A DNA stretch of 64,000 bases from Balanoglossus misakiensis (lineage: Eukaryota > Animalia > Hemichordata), in the NCBI GenBank assembly GCA_040954595.2, contig CM082580.2:2346783-2410782 (forward strand), written 5' to 3'. A program made the translations under genes and the position numbers. Under the pieces are notes generated by a model, which worked only from the letters and a program-made list of their open reading frames with translations, ran no database searches and was not told the DNA's origin. Below are positions 62,401 through 64,000 of this stretch, piece after piece. The stretch's first letter is position 1; the number at the start of each line of letters is the position of its first letter.

Positions 62401-62998
62401 AAAGTAAATATGACAGTGCCACCGAATGCTTGAAAATTCTACATTGGCTACCTGTGCATCTCAGAATCGATTATAAAATATGTTGTTTAAAGTTTAAATG
62501 CAATCGTAATGAAGCACCAGAGTACTTAATATCTATGTTAACTCCATCTGCAGTCAGGCGTGTAGGACTTCGGTCAAGTTGTAATTCTGAAAGTTCATAC
62601 GAGATTCCAAGAACATTTCGTAAAACCTTCGCAGATAGGGCATTCAGTGTTCAGGGCCCTAAAAGGTGGAATGGATTACCAATATGATTGAGAAAAGCAG
62701 AATCATACAAACAGTTCAAGGCAGACCTAAAAACTTACCTTTTTGGTAAATTCTAGGTGTCTGTTTCCGTTTGTAGCAGCAAGTAAATGAACACCGTTTG
62801 GGTCTATTTCACGCTGAACTGTTAGCACTTTGTAGTATGGACACTATTTGTATATTTTCATTTGAGGTTATACGTATTTTTCTCTTCTTTCTGGTAACAT
62901 GTTCTCATTTTCTTACTATGTATTTATTGTAAAGCGGATTGGATAATGGTTTTCGTTGACACTTCGCTATATAAATTAACTAATTCTAAATTCTAATT
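59448..62998 (+). mobile_element. L2/CR1-group non-LTR retrotransposon, near full length, single ORF
   Basis: Short 5' leader, EN-RT ORF, ~240-bp 3' UTR and a short-repeat tail (taattc/taaattc). Confidence 0.88.
59562..62687 (+). CDS. LINE ORF2: APE endonuclease + reverse transcriptase (1041 aa; premature stop, natural end at 62756)
   Basis: EN motifs WNAHS, ITETW, GDFN, HLDLI, SDH. RT motifs NYRPVSNL, DLSAAFDTVDH, VPQGS, YADD, KYLG. LHWLPV near the C-terminus. Confidence 0.93.
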   Translation: MNMWLIIFLYLMVQVCGIELERRCKGNEVNIMVVEQQKERIPGERIQWSRFELLDLRKNRTYLQPEQVRLLKELKIHKRRKRGRPGGKKTKEKKGINFSNLRLIEATINLLMNNSCQVKISTWNAHSIKNKDELLRDHLFNNTIDICVITETWLQPKDHIWIECCDLNNNGLCMLSSFRGDNRRGGGLSLVTMASLVSESITSATLRSFEYHHWRVKGKDLDLNVLGVYRPPYSQQNKSTVSDFIDEFLILLESWLPANDNILIAGDFNIHVDNKEDPGACSFIDSVEAIGLKIGVDFATHKEGHHLDLIITENVSRTNIHTVNAGPFLSDHRVVTGVLSRDREGVKKKKEVESRNFKKVNKDDFISDLHCITLDTNKDADSISDQLRNELMTVVNKHAPKRIKTVVERNHHIWYNDDIKEQKKLLRNRENIWRKYRQSHQWIAYKRCRNTLHYMIKAEKRKSISSKILESRSDTKKLYQIVNNLIGKKDINPMPEGKSNEELANDFADFFLQKILKIRESLANNNKYISPYREVPSFHQFEPVDEDTVEKIIKELPTKSCELDIIPTKFLKDVLKGMVPHITQLINASLQQGVFVKEWKYAVVRPLLKKTGLDLISSNYRPVSNLAFLSKVLEKIALQQFNEHCKQSQLFPEYQSAYRVNFSCETALLKITDDILWGMEEQKITALAAIDLSAAFDTVDHEVLLNVLKQLYGIDGHVLEWFSSYLRPRGFKVCVGNAYSDIRNIDFSVPQGSCAGPTLYSVYASTLRNVIPTSIDIHGYADDHALKRLFPAKSRSLEFVTMNDLEDCLKEVKIWMDENRLKMNDSKTEFICFGSRVHLQKVVSKTLTVNECDIERTPVIKYLGFDLDEHLSMRKNISRKCAIAAGNIQRLKLIKQYLNLDARKIIASGMILSHLDYANSLYAGLPECDIKKLQRIQNMAAKTILDKSKYDSATECLKILHWLPVHLRIDYKICCLKFKCNRNEAPEYLISMLTPSAVRRVGLRSSCNSESSYEIPRTFRKTFADRAFSVQGPKRWNGLPI

Positions 62999-63442
62999 CA
63001 TGTGCAACAAGTACCACGCTGGCATCCCTTTCATTGACCCCACAATTACGCATGCACATAATTATTGAGTTACGCAGGTGTCGCAGGTAACCCCCGAATC
63101 GGGCGTATTATTTTGGTCCCATACAGCTGCATGTAGCTGCGTGCCACTACGGGCGACCTGATAACCCCCACGGCCATCTGCGGGCCGACCCCCATACTGA
63201 ATGTCCAGTTGCAACGTCACGACTTAAGTAGGAACTTTTGAACGGCAACGAAGCCTGATCTCTGATTATTGCTGGTACAATACTCCCTTCGTGCAAGAAA
63301 ATCACTGGTCTGCTGACGTATTTCGGCCGATTTCCCGAACTAATACCCACTACATGTGACTACCATGCTAATGAAACCTGACTCGCACATTAGCGACTGA
63401 GGGTCAAAGTCCGCTGCCGCAATGTTAACCAGCGTAGCCGGG

Positions 63443-63742
63443 TCTGGATAGAAACATTTGAACGGCAACAGCTAACAAACTCATCGTAATTCAATAAAAC
63501 GCCCTAACTCAGCCTGAACTCCGATTATGTGTTGTCCCAAAATTCATTCCGTGGAAAATAATCACTGGTCTGTTTACGTATTTCAGCCGATTTCTGGATA
63601 GAAACATTTGAACGGCAACAGCAAACAAACTCAGCGTAATTCAATAAAACGCCCTAACTCAGCCTGAACTCCGATTATGTGTTGTCCCAATATTCATTCC
63701 GTGGAAAATAATCACTGGTCTGTTTACGTATTTCAGCCGATT
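63443..63742. repeat. 150-bp tandem duplication, with a diverged third copy at about 63236-63335
   Basis: tctggatagaaacatttgaacggcaacagc at 63443 and 63593. Confidence 0.85.
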
Positions 63743-64000
63743 TTCCAAGGACTACTACTGCAATCCAACAATACGTAATGACGGTCAAAGTCCGATGCCC
63801 CAGTGTTCGTCCTCAGCCCACCAAAAAATGCGAAAAATATTACAAAAATCTTCTTCTCAGAATCGACGTGGCGTAGAACCTTGAAATTTGGCACAGGGGA
63901 TTTTGGCCACATGGTCTACAAAAATCGCGAAAAGAATGTACATGCCCCCATAAACGGGCAAATTAGGTTAATTTGAAAATTTCGCTTGATTATAGCCACC

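Larger units (their letters stand above)
58176..63130 (+). mobile_element. Second, more diverged Helentron-type copy in tandem, interrupted by the LINE
   Basis: Same 5' end (taaagctgcaagcagcattgaagggacccaagc). The core repeat breaks at gatccat (59446) and resumes catgtgcaacaa (about 62999). Internal ~190-bp duplication at 58940-59130 / 59213-59400. Right boundary approximate. Confidence 0.55.

Overview
Eukaryotic (metazoan) genomic DNA. The repeat families and gene content suggest a marine invertebrate deuterostome such as a hemichordate, but this is inference. Three apparently intact spliced genes can be rebuilt exon by exon with GT-AG sites and consistent phases: an 18-exon ARSB/I/J-family arylsulfatase with an N-terminal membrane anchor (+, 2258-10103), a 5-exon NXPE-family PC-esterase (-, 30575-33824), and the 3' part of a large VWDE-like type I membrane protein (-, 38707 to at least 56249). 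There is also a PWWP3A/MUM1-like pseudogene (-, about 11625-15979) and a duplicated NXPE fragment at the left edge. Much of the rest is transposon-derived: a five-level nest built on a dead Gypsy element, an almost intact L2/CR1-group LINE, Helentron-type elements with satellite cores, and many MITEs. The most striking structure is a 4.3-kb long-TIR (Academ-like) element in the intron just before the transmembrane exon of the VWDE-like gene. It holds an inverted copy of that exon, which looks like host-exon capture in progress and could create an RNA-hairpin switch between membrane-bound and secreted isoforms.
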